From the IMG/VR virus record IMGVR_UViG_3300037567_000988, positions 1 through 25,037 of that record: a stretch of DNA of 25,037 nt. One strand, 5' to 3'. The DNA is from a virus (Duplodnaviria > Caudoviricetes). The notes under the pieces are model-generated. The model had not been told where the DNA came from. It did not search any database and was given only the letters and a program-made list of their open reading frames with translations. Position numbers and translations under genes: made by a program. This document shows, one piece after another, positions 24,187-25,037 of this stretch. Positions within the stretch are counted from its first letter, which is position 1. The number at the start of each line of letters is the position of its first letter.

Positions 24187-25037
24187 ATGACCCCTCGCGT
24201 CATTCTCGCCCCGACTGCTGACCTCGCTACTGCCCTCAACCCTCAGCCTTCTCTTTCTGTCGAAGCCGAGTACGGTTCGATTGTCGTCGAGGGAACCCTC
24301 TTCACCGCTGCGCACCACCAGGCAACTGGTCCGTTCGCAACCTCGAAGAACCCGGCTCCCTGCAACAACACTGACATCCCGGTCTTGGAGGGTGGAACCA
24401 TTCTGGTCTCCCACTTCGACTTGGACACCGTTGGTGGTTGCCTCCGTGGAATGAACCGTCTCGTCGCGACCTCCTTCGAACACCAGCTGAAGCCCTTCTG
24501 GACCCTGGCTGAGTTCGTCGACCTGAACGGACCTCACAAGCTCGGGCTCTCGGGAGCAACCGAGGAGAACCTCCGCCGACTCCACGCCTTCTGGGCCTGG
24601 AAGCAGCAGAACATTCCTCGCTTCCCCCGTGACGCGGTGACGGACATCACTCAGCACATCGTTGCAGCTGACGAAGCTCTGTCTGCAATCGTCGCTGGTG
24701 ATGAGACGCTCCTGGCAGCTGGTGATGAGATGAAGGCTGCCACTGAGCAGCTCAACCTCGACACCTTCTGTGAGATTTACGACGACATCATCATTCGTAT
24801 CGGTCCCTCGTTCGTAAACCACCTTTACGACTGCGGCGACTTTGTGGCCAGTGCTGTCGTGGCGTTCAACACTCTGAGCGGTGGAATCACCGTTTCTCTG
24901 GCTGAGCCCATCGAAGGTATCAGCTGTCGTGACATCGTTCAGAGCATCTGGGGTCCTGAGGCTGGAGGGCATGATGGCATCGCTGGAAGCCCTCGTGGGC
25001 AAAGGATGCTCCTGAGTGCTGTCTTCGACGTGGTGGA
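24187..25037 (+). CDS. DHH/DHHA1 phosphoesterase-like protein, truncated by the window edge (MTPRVILAPTADLA...)
   Basis: AAGGAGA SD; frame open to the window end; motifs AAHH, VSHFDLDT and C-terminal AGGHDGIAG. Translated by hand. Confidence 0.7.
   Translation, partial: MTPRVILAPTADLATALNPQPSLSVEAEYGSIVVEGTLFTAAHHQATGPFATSKNPAPCNNTDIPVLEGGTILVSHFDLDTVGGCLRGMNRLVATSFEHQLKPFWTLAEFVDLNGPHKLGLSGATEENLRRLHAFWAWKQQNIPRFPRDAVTDITQHIVAADEALSAIVAGDETLLAAGDEMKAATEQLNLDTFCEIYDDIIIRIGPSFVNHLYDCGDFVASAVVAFNTLSGGITVSLAEPIEGISCRDIVQSIWGPEAGGHDGIAGSPRGQRMLLSAVFDVV

Noticed and set aside
1-25037. Stop-codon reassignment
   Set aside because: Long genes are intact in the standard code, and TAA, TAG and TGA all end genes at sensible boundaries.

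Overview
This window looks like part of a large dsDNA phage genome with two divergent halves. The left half (1-9523, minus strand, lower GC) is a tightly coupled packaging/virion operon. It contains a terminase large subunit, a candidate small terminase, Gly/Ala-rich proteins and a 1119-aa protein fusing a DEDDh exonuclease-like domain to a staphylococcal-nuclease domain. The right half (9748 to the end, plus strand, GC-rich third codon positions) opens with an array of 18 mostly single-gene cassettes. Each is introduced by the same element: a variable GC hairpin, then a pyrimidine tract, CCYTTTTT(A/C)TTTAAY, then an invariant G that usually opens a small covarying 5' hairpin. The cassettes carry small, often membrane-anchored ORFs, a ~1.2-kb densely structured non-coding region and two paralogous ~190-nt non-coding units. 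The last cassette encodes a 1052-aa single-chain two-barrel (YonO/RdRP-like, ADxDGD) RNA polymerase. Downstream lie a DarG-like macrodomain, a Cys-cluster protein, a second ~0.5-0.7-kb structured non-coding region with tRNA-like T-loops, and a DHH-like gene running off the window. The best candidate for a new system is the polymerase together with its putative promoter array and the large ncRNAs. All calls were made by eye; no database searches or folding computations were run.
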